Assembly: GCA_965203435.1 (NCBI GenBank)
Contig: CBDBCU010000003.1
Location: 74,918-138,917 of the forward strand
DNA: 64,000 bases
From: Dehalococcoidia bacterium
Lineage (GTDB): Bacteria > Chloroflexota > Dehalococcoidia > Lucifugimonadales > UBA3495
Reading direction: 5' to 3'
Position 1 is the first letter of the stretch; every line of letters starts with the position of its first letter. Made by a program: the position numbers and the translations under genes. Under the pieces are notes generated by a model. That model saw only the letters and a program-made list of their open reading frames with translations. It was not told the origin of the DNA and did no database searches. Below are positions 28,130 through 36,278 of the stretch, piece after piece.

Positions 28130-29749
28130 TTATTCCGGGCGGATTACGCCGCTGTGCGATCCGTCGGCATAGCCGGTGCGGATTTCCCGGATAGCGTAAT
28201 CCGGCAAGGGAACAAAGGCCAGGCAGCGGCCGCGATGCCGCAGGCCGGATCCGCCGAAACGGAAATCCCGGTTCTCGAAACCGTGTTCCTTCCGATAGTC
28301 GGGGAGGTCCTCCGGGTTCACCGGCGCGATGTGCAGATAGAACTGCCTTTCCAGTCCTGGCGGGGGGCAAGGGTCTTGCACATAGAGCAGCTCCTGGCCG
28401 CGCCAATACACCGCATAGTCGGCTATAAGGTCGGGGGGCTGTTGGGCGATAATCCGGTCGGCGGCGGCAGCCAGCCCGGCTTGATAGCGGGCCAACTGCT
28501 CCTCCCGGGTCAGGGTGGGGTCGATGACCATAATCACGCCAGAAAAGGCAACCAGGTAAAGCAGGCCCTCCCGTTCCAGGATGGCGGTAACATAGCCCGG
28601 CGCATCGCGGACAATGCGGGTGGGCGTAAAAGTTTCGTAATCGAAGCGATCCACTACGAACCCGTCGCCGCCGTTCCCGGCGGCATCCGGCAGGGATAGG
28701 TAAGCCACATAAACGCCTTGTTCGTTGGCATAGGCAAAGGTGGATACCGCCCCGGGCAACACGGCGACCGGCTCGGTTACGCCGGCTTCCGGCGGCGCTT
28801 GGTTAGTTCCCCAGAAAGGATAACCGTAAAAGCCGCCCGGAACTATGGCGTTCAGCTCCTCTAACTGCCCCCGGGTAGCCCGGCCCGACTCGGCGTCATT
28901 GTCCGCGCCATAGAGGATGCCGTCCGGGCCGATGGATATGCCGTAGGTATTGCGGAAACCGGTGGCATAGACTTCCACATCCCGATCCCCGGGGCGAAAG
29001 CGGGCAATGACCCCCATTAAGTCGGGACGGCCGCCGGCGGCGGCTAATTCGGCGGCGGCATCCGTAATATAGTTTCCCTGGGGGTGGGGCTGCTCGATCC
29101 AGGGATGGCCGATACTGGCATAAATCCACTCGCCATCATTGGTCAAGCCGTTGGGACTATGCGTCCGTTCAAGGGCTAATATCCCGTCCACCACGATGCG
29201 CTGGTCATCCAGGGCACCGTCGGCGCCAATGCGGTAGGATAAAATCCGGGCGTTGGATTGGGCTAACCGGGCCAAATTCTCCGTCTCGGTCCCCTTGGCC
29301 GAGCGGACACACCCGACGGTGGGCAGCAAGGCGCAGACATTGCCCAGATCCGATAAGTAAAGGCGTCCGTCCAGGATGGTCAAACCCTGGGGAACGCTCA
29401 GCCCCTCGAGGATCGTTTTAATTTCCTCGGTGGCCACATTCAGCAAACGGATATTCCCCTTTGCATCGGCTAGATACATCCGGTCAGAATCCAACCAGGT
29501 CGCCGCCGTCAACGGGCCGCCGGGGCGCAGCAGGGTCGGGAGGGGGCTGTCTATAGGTTGGAGCGGGCCAACCGGAGTGGGCTTTGCCGGAACGGCCGGC
29601 GGCGGGAGCGGCGGGGTAGCCGTTGGCTCAGCGGCGCAAGCCAAGGCAAAGGCGGCCAGCAGCGCCACTAACATCCCCAGTCCCATTGCCGTCCAACGGC
29701 CGGGCCGGCGGGAAAGGGTCGATGCAGTGATTTCAGACAAGGGCAACAA
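28130..29749 (-). CDS. Lipoprotein with PQQ-dependent sugar dehydrogenase/SGL-like beta-propeller and a C-terminal two-Cys module
   Basis: Signal/lipobox-like LLAAFALAC; GFRNTYGISIGPDGILYGADND ... LNAIVPGGFYGYP resembles the soluble glucose/sorbosone dehydrogenase propeller. The last ~96 aa match the module in the two GT-C proteins. The start may be the internal ATG at 29686. Confidence 0.6.
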   Translation of the reverse strand: MLPLSEITASTLSRRPGRWTAMGLGMLVALLAAFALACAAEPTATPPLPPPAVPAKPTPVGPLQPIDSPLPTLLRPGGPLTAATWLDSDRMYLADAKGNIRLLNVATEEIKTILEGLSVPQGLTILDGRLYLSDLGNVCALLPTVGCVRSAKGTETENLARLAQSNARILSYRIGADGALDDQRIVVDGILALERTHSPNGLTNDGEWIYASIGHPWIEQPHPQGNYITDAAAELAAAGGRPDLMGVIARFRPGDRDVEVYATGFRNTYGISIGPDGILYGADNDAESGRATRGQLEELNAIVPGGFYGYPFWGTNQAPPEAGVTEPVAVLPGAVSTFAYANEQGVYVAYLSLPDAAGNGGDGFVVDRFDYETFTPTRIVRDAPGYVTAILEREGLLYLVAFSGVIMVIDPTLTREEQLARYQAGLAAAADRIIAQQPPDLIADYAVYWRGQELLYVQDPCPPPGLERQFYLHIAPVNPEDLPDYRKEHGFENRDFRFGGSGLRHRGRCLAFVPLPDYAIREIRTGYADGSHSGVIRPE

Positions 29750-29897
29750 CCGCCTCTGGGGGGATGGGGTTAAATACTACCATATCATGGGGGCGGCGGC
29801 AAAGGGAATTGACGGAATCCGCCGATTATGTTGCTTGTCAGGCTTGCGGCTATAGTGTAAGGTTATGGAAAATCCCTACGGGTCAAGGAAGGTTTAA

Positions 29898-30974
29898 TTG
29901 AGCATCAACAACTGGCGGCTGTGGGTTGGCATTGGGGTCAGCGCCCTTTTCATCGGATTCCTGCTTTTATCCATTGACGGGGAGAAGCTGTGGGCGGTAA
30001 TGCGGGAAGCCGATTACCGCTACGCCATTCCCGCCGCCGTCATCTACTTTATCGCGGTCTTTTTCCGGTCGGCCCGCTGGCAGTATGTCCTGTCGCCGCT
30101 GCGGGCCCTTCCCATAAGGCGGCTCTATCCGGTAGTGGTTATCGGCCATGCCGGCAACAATGTGCTGCCGGCGCACATGGGGGAACTAATCCGGGCTTAC
30201 TATCTGGCGCAGCGGGAACGGTTCAGCGGCAGCGCGGCCCTGGCGACCATCGGCGTGGAGCGGGTCTATGACGGGCTGACTTTGCTGGCTTTAGGCGCTA
30301 CGGCGGTAATGCTGCTGCTGGCGGCCGGCCAATTTACCGGCATTGGCGAAGTTTCCCGCAGCGCCATCGTGATAACGGCCGGCGGGGTGGCCGCCGTATT
30401 TTCCCTGGGCCTGCTGGTGATTACCGCGCTGGCCGTCGTCCCCGGCGCGGCCCGGCTGATTTACCGGTTGGTTGACCGGCTGCCGGCCCGGTTCCGGCCG
30501 CAGGCCCGGGAAGTGGTAGGCAGTTTCCTGGAAGGGTTGAGGATCCTGGCCACGCCGCGGCAACATTTGTTGCTGGCCCTGCGGACGCTGCCGGTCTGGC
30601 TGGGCGAGGCCGCCGTCTATCTGACCATTGCCTACTCTTTCGGCATCCAGAACCACTTTGACAGCGGCCTTGCCTTTGTCTTTGCCATCCTGCTGGTAAC
30701 GGCGACTTCCAACCTGGCGTCGGCCTTTCCCTTTGCCATTGGCGCTATTGGCCCCTTTGAGTTCATCTCCCAGCTGACCCTGATTGTGCTGGGCGTACCG
30801 GCGGAAGTGGCCCTCAGCTATGCCCTGGTGACCCATCTGGTGGCTTTGTGGCTGCCGGTGAACCTGGCGGGCCTGGCGTTGATGCTCAAGCACAACCTTT
30901 CCCTGAAACAGCTGACGGCGGAAACGGAATGGGGCCAAGCGGCGGAACCGGCGGAGCCGGCCCGGGGGATGTAG
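29898..30974 (+). CDS. UPF0104 / lysylphosphatidylglycerol-synthase-TM-region family (flippase-like) membrane protein
   Basis: 358 aa polytopic protein whose N-terminal region (ADYRYAIPAAVIYFIAVFFRSARWQYVL) is typical of the family. TTG start with AAGGAAGG upstream. Confidence 0.6.
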   Translation: MSINNWRLWVGIGVSALFIGFLLLSIDGEKLWAVMREADYRYAIPAAVIYFIAVFFRSARWQYVLSPLRALPIRRLYPVVVIGHAGNNVLPAHMGELIRAYYLAQRERFSGSAALATIGVERVYDGLTLLALGATAVMLLLAAGQFTGIGEVSRSAIVITAGGVAAVFSLGLLVITALAVVPGAARLIYRLVDRLPARFRPQAREVVGSFLEGLRILATPRQHLLLALRTLPVWLGEAAVYLTIAYSFGIQNHFDSGLAFVFAILLVTATSNLASAFPFAIGAIGPFEFISQLTLIVLGVPAEVALSYALVTHLVALWLPVNLAGLALMLKHNLSLKQLTAETEWGQAAEPAEPARGM

Positions 30975-30977
30975 CCC

Positions 30978-32306
30978 ATGCGGGTGGGCATTATCGGCGG
31001 CGGGGCGGCGGGATTGGCCGCCGCCTATGAACTGACCAAAGGCGGCCACTATGCCGAGGTCTTTGAGGCCGCCCCCTTTCTGGGGGGGCAGGCATCCACT
31101 TTCGAGGTGGGCGGCGGGCAGTTGGAACGGGGCTATCATCATCTCTTTGTCAGCGACACCGCCATGGTCGACCTGATTCATGAGTTGGGCCTGGGCCACA
31201 AGCTGGAGTGGCGGGAGTCCAAAGTCGGCTTGTACCACAGCGGCCGCATCTGGGACTTTGCCACGCCGCTGGATTTGCTGCGTTTTAAGCCGCTAACCCT
31301 GCCGCAGCGGATCCGCCTCGGGATATGGACTTTCATCCTGCAAAAGACCCGCCACTGGCAGAAGTTCGAGGGCGTCACCGCTCAGGATTGGCTGACCCGG
31401 CGGCTGGGGGCGGAAACCTATCGGACGATTTGGGAGCCGATGCTGCGCGGCAAGTTCGGGGAATATTACGATCAAATCGGAATGGCCTGGCTTTGGGGGA
31501 AAATCCATCTGCGGGTGGCCTCCCGGGAAAAGGGAATGCAGCGGGAACGGCTGGGCTATCCGATGGGCAGTTTCGGCGAGGTTTTTGACCGGCTGGGGGC
31601 GCGGGTGGTTGAGTTGGGCGGCGATGTGCATACTTCGGCCCGGGTTAACCGCATAACGATCGATGAACGGGGGGCCGCCGCCGGCTTGGAAGTGCAACTG
31701 GACGGGCAGGAACCGGCTATGCGGGATTATGACGCCATCATCGCCACTACGCCCTCTTACATTTTCACCCGCTTGGCCCCCTTTCTGCCGGCGGATTATC
31801 GGGAAGGGCTGGAACAGGCGCGCTACCTGGCGGCGGTGCTGCTGATCTTGACCCTGGATCGGCCTTTGTCGGAAAAGTATTGGCTGAATGTGGCCGACCG
31901 CGCCTTGCCCTTTGTCGGCGTCATCGAGCATACCAATATGATTGACAAGTCTCTCTACGGCGGCCGGCACATCCTCTATCTGACCAACTACACCCCCCGG
32001 GACAGCGAGCTGTACCGCAAAAGCCCGGAGGAATTGCTCGCGGATTTCGTTCCCCATCTGCAAAAGCTGAACCCGGATTTTCAACGCTCTTGGATCCGGG
32101 AATACTATCATCACAAGGTGGACGGGGCGCAGCCTATCATCGGCGTCAACTATGGACAGCAATTGCCTGACCATCGGACGCCGTGCCGGAATTTGTACCT
32201 GGCGAACACCACTCAAATTTACCCGGAGGATCGCGGCACCAACTACTCGGTAAGGATGGGCCGCCAGGTGGCCCGAATGGTATTGGAGGATAACGGGGCG
32301 GCCTAG
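30978..32306 (+). CDS. FAD/NAD(P)-binding oxidoreductase (amine oxidase / phytoene desaturase-like)
   Basis: N-terminal dinucleotide-binding motif VGIIGGGAAGLAAAYEL ... FEAAPFLGGQA. Length is 442 aa. The start lies 4 nt after the upstream stop. Confidence 0.75.
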   Translation: MRVGIIGGGAAGLAAAYELTKGGHYAEVFEAAPFLGGQASTFEVGGGQLERGYHHLFVSDTAMVDLIHELGLGHKLEWRESKVGLYHSGRIWDFATPLDLLRFKPLTLPQRIRLGIWTFILQKTRHWQKFEGVTAQDWLTRRLGAETYRTIWEPMLRGKFGEYYDQIGMAWLWGKIHLRVASREKGMQRERLGYPMGSFGEVFDRLGARVVELGGDVHTSARVNRITIDERGAAAGLEVQLDGQEPAMRDYDAIIATTPSYIFTRLAPFLPADYREGLEQARYLAAVLLILTLDRPLSEKYWLNVADRALPFVGVIEHTNMIDKSLYGGRHILYLTNYTPRDSELYRKSPEELLADFVPHLQKLNPDFQRSWIREYYHHKVDGAQPIIGVNYGQQLPDHRTPCRNLYLANTTQIYPEDRGTNYSVRMGRQVARMVLEDNGAA

Positions 32307-32458
32307 GCGCGGCCATTATTCAGCCGGCCGCAGGATTGCGGGAAAAGTAGTAAAATAGGCAAGTACGACGGGCGAAAATCCCGCCGCCGGCTGGCGCATT
32401 ATTCCGTTGCGGCGGGTATAATAGCGCCATTGGCAAAACTTGAAACAGGGAGTTTTTT

Positions 32459-32680
32459 GTGTTGCAAGAGAAATCGGAAATCGCCGCCAACCGGGGGTCG
32501 AGTCGCCGCCGTTTCCTGGCCGGGCTGGGGATTGGCGCGGCCGCCGTAACCGCCCTGTCCGCCGGGCTGCTGGGCTGGGGCCGCAAAGCGGATAAGGCGC
32601 CGGCCCGGGATTTTCCCGGCCCGGACTCCATTTTCCACCCGGCCCAAGACCCGCGCACTGACGACCGCCGCCAGGGTTAA
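32459..32680 (+). CDS. Small twin-arginine (Tat) signal protein, 73 aa
   Basis: SRRRFLAGLGIGAAAVTALSA is a canonical Tat motif plus h-region. GGGAG lies 7 nt upstream of the GTG start, and a TATAAT lies about 35 nt upstream. Confidence 0.5.
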   Translation: MLQEKSEIAANRGSSRRRFLAGLGIGAAAVTALSAGLLGWGRKADKAPARDFPGPDSIFHPAQDPRTDDRRQG

Positions 32681-32764
32681 AGCCGGGTATCCGCAACCCT
32701 GACCGACCGTTGCCGCCGCCAGGGTTAAGGTTGGGTATCCGCCCCTGCCGGCCGCCGCCGGCCG

Positions 32765-34510
32765 TTACCGCCGCCCGAACTCCCGCTCCATGTGGTAGGA
32801 GCTGAAGTGCAGCAGGGTCGGCCGCCCGTGGGGGCAGGTATGGGGGCTGTCGGTAACTTCCAACTGCTCCAGCAAGGCCCGCATTTCCGCATCGGTAAGG
32901 GATTGGCCGGCCCGGATGGCGCTGTGACAGGCTACGGAGGCCGCTAGAATATCCTCCCGTTCCCGCAGCAGGCCGTCAAAGGCCGCCAGATCCAGCACAT
33001 CGCGCAGGGATTGGGCCGGATCCTGGCTGGTCAGGATGGCCGGCATAGTCCGCAGCAGGTAGCTGTTGCGGTCGCCAAAGGGTTCCAGCCCAAAGCCATA
33101 GGCTTGCAGAAACTCCTGATGGGATTCCAGGGTTTCCGCCTGGGCCGGCGTCAATTCCACCGCCGCCGGCGTCAGCAGGGGTTGAGAGGGGACTTCCCGC
33201 TGGGCGGCTTGGCGGACGATGCGGTCAAACAAGACCCGCTCGTGGGCCGCGTGCTGATCCACCAGATACATTCCGTCCGGGCTTTCGGCCACGATGTAGG
33301 TCAATCGCACCTGGCCCACCACGCGCAGGGTCGGCAGGGCTTGCTGCGGCGTCATCGCCGCCGCCGGCGGGCCATTGCCGTCGACCGGGCGATTGGCGGT
33401 GCTGACGGCGGCCTGGCCCGGGGCGCGGGAATCCAGGGGACTGCGGAAAAAGCCGGGGGTAGCGGTGGCATCGGCCGCGGCCGGCGCCCGGCGGGGCCCG
33501 CTAAATTCCCGCACCGGCGCGGCGGCGACCAGGGCCGCCCGCACCGCCCGCTGCAAGACCGCATAGACCTTGCCCTCCTGATGAAAGCGCACTTCCCGCT
33601 TGGCCGGATGGGAGTTCACATCCACCGCGCTATAGGGCAGGATCAGGTTCAGGGCGGCCAGGGGATAGCGTTTTTCCGGCAGCAAGCCATGATAGGCTTC
33701 CTCCAGGGCAAAGGACAGCAGGCGGCTCTGAATCCAGCGGCGGTTGACGAAAAAGGTCATATAGGTGCGGTTGGCCCGGTGCAGGTTGGGCGCGCCGGCA
33801 AAACCGGCCAAGCTATAGCCGGTTTCCGGGTCTTGCCCGGCCACTTCCAGCATCGCCGCCGCCGCTTCCGCGCCATACACCGCCAAAAGCGCATCGGCGG
33901 CCCGGCCGTTGCCCGGGGTAGCCAGGGCTTGCCGGTCGCCGATAGTCAAGCGGAAAGCGATTTCCGGGTAGGCCAGGGCGTAGCGGGAAACCAGGTCGTG
34001 GCAACGGCCGCCCTCAGCCTGGGCCGATTTGAGGAACTTGCGGCGGGCCGGCAGATTGCCGAACAGGTCGGCAATCGTTACCGTCGTTCCCGGCGGGCCG
34101 CCCTGCGCCCCTTCCTTGAGCAGCTGCCCCCAAGCGTATTCAATGGAATAGCCGGAATCAGCGGCCGGAGGCCGGGTGGTCAAGGTCATTCGGGAAACGG
34201 CGGCGATGCTGGGCAGGGCCTCGCCGCGAAAGCCCAAAGTGCCGATAGCGTCCAACTGTTCCCGGCCGCTGATCTTGCTGGTGGCGTGATGCTGAAAAGC
34301 CAGGGCCACTTCGGCGGCCGGGATACCCTCTCCGTCGTCCACCACCCGGATGCGCTCGATGCCGCCGCCCTGGATGGCAATGGATATGCGGGCGGCCCCG
34401 GCGTCCAGGGCGTTTTCCAGCAGTTCCTTGACTACCGAGGCCGGCCGTTCCACCACTTCGCCGGCGGCAATTTGCGCCGCCAGTTCCGGGGAGAGCAGTT
34501 TAATGGGCAT
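32765..34510 (-). CDS. mutL: DNA mismatch repair protein MutL
   Basis: LSPELAAQIAAGEVVERPASVVKELLENALDAG (GHKL ATPase) and the C-terminal dimerisation/endonuclease-type region. The ATG at 34510 gives the canonical N-terminus MPIKLL. Confidence 0.92.
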   Translation of the reverse strand: MPIKLLSPELAAQIAAGEVVERPASVVKELLENALDAGAARISIAIQGGGIERIRVVDDGEGIPAAEVALAFQHHATSKISGREQLDAIGTLGFRGEALPSIAAVSRMTLTTRPPAADSGYSIEYAWGQLLKEGAQGGPPGTTVTIADLFGNLPARRKFLKSAQAEGGRCHDLVSRYALAYPEIAFRLTIGDRQALATPGNGRAADALLAVYGAEAAAAMLEVAGQDPETGYSLAGFAGAPNLHRANRTYMTFFVNRRWIQSRLLSFALEEAYHGLLPEKRYPLAALNLILPYSAVDVNSHPAKREVRFHQEGKVYAVLQRAVRAALVAAAPVREFSGPRRAPAAADATATPGFFRSPLDSRAPGQAAVSTANRPVDGNGPPAAAMTPQQALPTLRVVGQVRLTYIVAESPDGMYLVDQHAAHERVLFDRIVRQAAQREVPSQPLLTPAAVELTPAQAETLESHQEFLQAYGFGLEPFGDRNSYLLRTMPAILTSQDPAQSLRDVLDLAAFDGLLREREDILAASVACHSAIRAGQSLTDAEMRALLEQLEVTDSPHTCPHGRPTLLHFSSYHMEREFGRR

Positions 34511-34546
34511 AAGGGCACCTGACCGCCGCCGGCCCAAGCCGCCGGC

Positions 34547-34984
34547 CTACCAGAGCGGCAGGACGGTGCCTTTGGCGCGATACTGCTTGTCCTCGGAACT
34601 GCCGACCCGGTGGAAGTCGCAGACGATTTGATAGACCCGGGCCATCTGCTGATCCACATTGCGGGCAAAGAAGTAGGGCGGCACCCAGGCCCCGCCAAAG
34701 GCGGCCACCACTTCCGGGTAGTCGTCGATGACGAACTCCGGCTCGAAGGGGATTTTCAGCTCCTCCAGCCGTTCCTGAAAATGGTGGGTGGGTTTTTCGT
34801 ACACCCCGCTGATGTAGGGGTTCAGCTGGTGCTTTTCCACCACTTCCCACCGCTCGCCCATGCCGGACCAGATGTAGATTTCGTGGTGGTCGTCCAGGAG
34901 TTTCTGAAAGGTCTCCTTGGTGCCGGGGCGCAGGGTATCATCCAGCCCCAGGATGGTGTAGTCCACGTCAAAAAAGATTTTCAT
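34547..34984 (-). CDS. Small HAD-superfamily phosphatase-like protein
   Basis: Motif I is FFDVDYTIL (DxDxT), with a downstream IWSG and a VIDDYPE acidic motif. Length is 145 aa. Confidence 0.6.
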   Translation of the reverse strand: MKIFFDVDYTILGLDDTLRPGTKETFQKLLDDHHEIYIWSGMGERWEVVEKHQLNPYISGVYEKPTHHFQERLEELKIPFEPEFVIDDYPEVVAAFGGAWVPPYFFARNVDQQMARVYQIVCDFHRVGSSEDKQYRAKGTVLPLW

Positions 34985-35148
34985 CGCGCGACGCTAGTCC
35001 CCCGACGGCAAAAATAGGCTAAAAGGATAGCATAACCGGCAATAGGTCAACAATAGAATTATTGCCAGTTTTGGCGATTTTCCCGAAATATCGTCAAAAC
35101 TTGCCGGCTACCCTTTCCGGGCAGGGGGCAACGGCTTGGGCCGGCGGC

Positions 35149-35514
35149 TTAACCGTCCCCGGCCAGGGCCGCCGCCAGCAGTTTCAGGTTAGCCCCGATG
35201 ACCAGCCGGTCGCCCAGGCGGGTTATCGGGCGGCGCAGCAGGCGCGGCTCCTCCAGGATCAGCCGCCGCAGCTCGGCGGCCGGCAATTCCTGGCCGGCCA
35301 AGCCCAACTTTTTCAGGCTGGGACTGCGCCAGGCAAAGAGTTCCGGCAACGGGGCCAAGGCCGCCAGTTCGTCAAGTTCCTCAGGGCGCAACGGCTCCTG
35401 GAAAAAGTCCCGTGCGGTCACCGTCAGGCCCTGCTGCAAGAGCAACTCTCTCGCTTTGCGGCAGGAACTTCAACGCGGCCACCAGTAGAAAGTAACCGAT
35501 TCGCTTTCGCTCAA
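35149..35514 (-). CDS. ArsC/Spx-family (YffB-like) thiol oxidoreductase with in-frame TGA at the redox Cys: candidate selenoprotein (U-x-x-C)
   Basis: TTG start at 35514, with GGGAGG 6 nt upstream. Translation is MSESESVTFYWWPR-[TGA 35470-35472]-SSCRKARELLLQQGLTVTARDFF..., continuing in frame into the ORF-track ORF 35149-35445. The TGA aligns with the first Cys of the family motif Y.x.x.C-x-T-C-(R/K)-K-A. Total length is 121 codons, normal for the family. Confidence 0.7.
35430..35465 (-). promoter_or_regulatory. Candidate bacterial SECIS hairpin downstream of the TGA at 35470-35472
   Basis: The RNA is CCUGC-C-GCAA-AGC-GAG-[AGAGUUG]-CUC-UUGC-A-GCAGG, about 12 bp. The stem starts 5 nt after the UGA and the apical loop lies about +21 to +27. 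Confidence 0.5.
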
Positions 35515-35660
35515 AACGCGCCTCCCGGCGGCTTGGTCAAATGCCGGGCAATGCCCGCGCCGCCGCCAATGTTAGGCTATTCTAACCCGGATTGGGGAGA
35601 AAGTTAAAGGCATTAGCCGGGCGGTTTGTGGGGGAATTGTTGCAACGACCGGCCTTGCGC

Positions 35661-36278
35661 TTACTCAGCCGGAAACCATTCCCTGAGTATTGAACGCAGT
35701 TCCAGAAATGCCGCATCCTGGCAACGGCGCAGGGATACCTTTTCCGCCAACTGCCGGTACAGAGATGCGCTCCGCGGAGTTTGCGCCGCGTGCAAAACCT
35801 CGAGAAATGCCTTTTTAGGGCTTTCCGGTTTGACGGCGCCCGGTTGCAACAAATTTTGCTCCCTCAGCCAATCGTTGATGGACAAGGGCCGGCCGCGCCA
35901 GCCAACTACTTCGGCAATATGCGGCGACCCGCTCCAAACCCACGCCTCCAGTTCCGGCGCCAATACAATCGCCCGGGCCCGGTCATCCCACGCTGCGGCT
36001 AGTTCCCGGTTAAGTTGATTTTGCAACTCTTGCGGGGTATAGCCCTCGCGCCCACTGCCCTGGTGGTCGAAGATCAGCAGGCCGTGACGATACTGCCGGG
36101 CGAAAATGGACAGGAAAGGGACGCCGCGTTGGGCGCAGCCCGGATCGTGTTCCTGATGGACCTGAATGTCCGCATTAACTTCCCGAAGGCCCAGGGATTG
36201 CCGGCGGGTCAACAACCCGGCCAGGGCATTTTCCATATCCTTGTCCGCGGCCAGGATAATCAAGTCTTTCGCGCTCAC
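35661..36278 (-). CDS. Toprim-like (DUF4276/RloB-type) small protein, partner of the upstream ATPase
   Basis: The pattern LIILAADKDMENALAGLLTR ... GLLIFDHQGSG ... AIVLAPELEAWVW mirrors the strand-acidic, D-x-D-like and pElEaW arrangement of DUF4276/RloB-type Toprim proteins. The start overlaps the ATPase stop by 4 nt. Confidence 0.45.
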   Translation of the reverse strand: MSAKDLIILAADKDMENALAGLLTRRQSLGLREVNADIQVHQEHDPGCAQRGVPFLSIFARQYRHGLLIFDHQGSGREGYTPQELQNQLNRELAAAWDDRARAIVLAPELEAWVWSGSPHIAEVVGWRGRPLSINDWLREQNLLQPGAVKPESPKKAFLEVLHAAQTPRSASLYRQLAEKVSLRRCQDAAFLELRSILREWFPAE

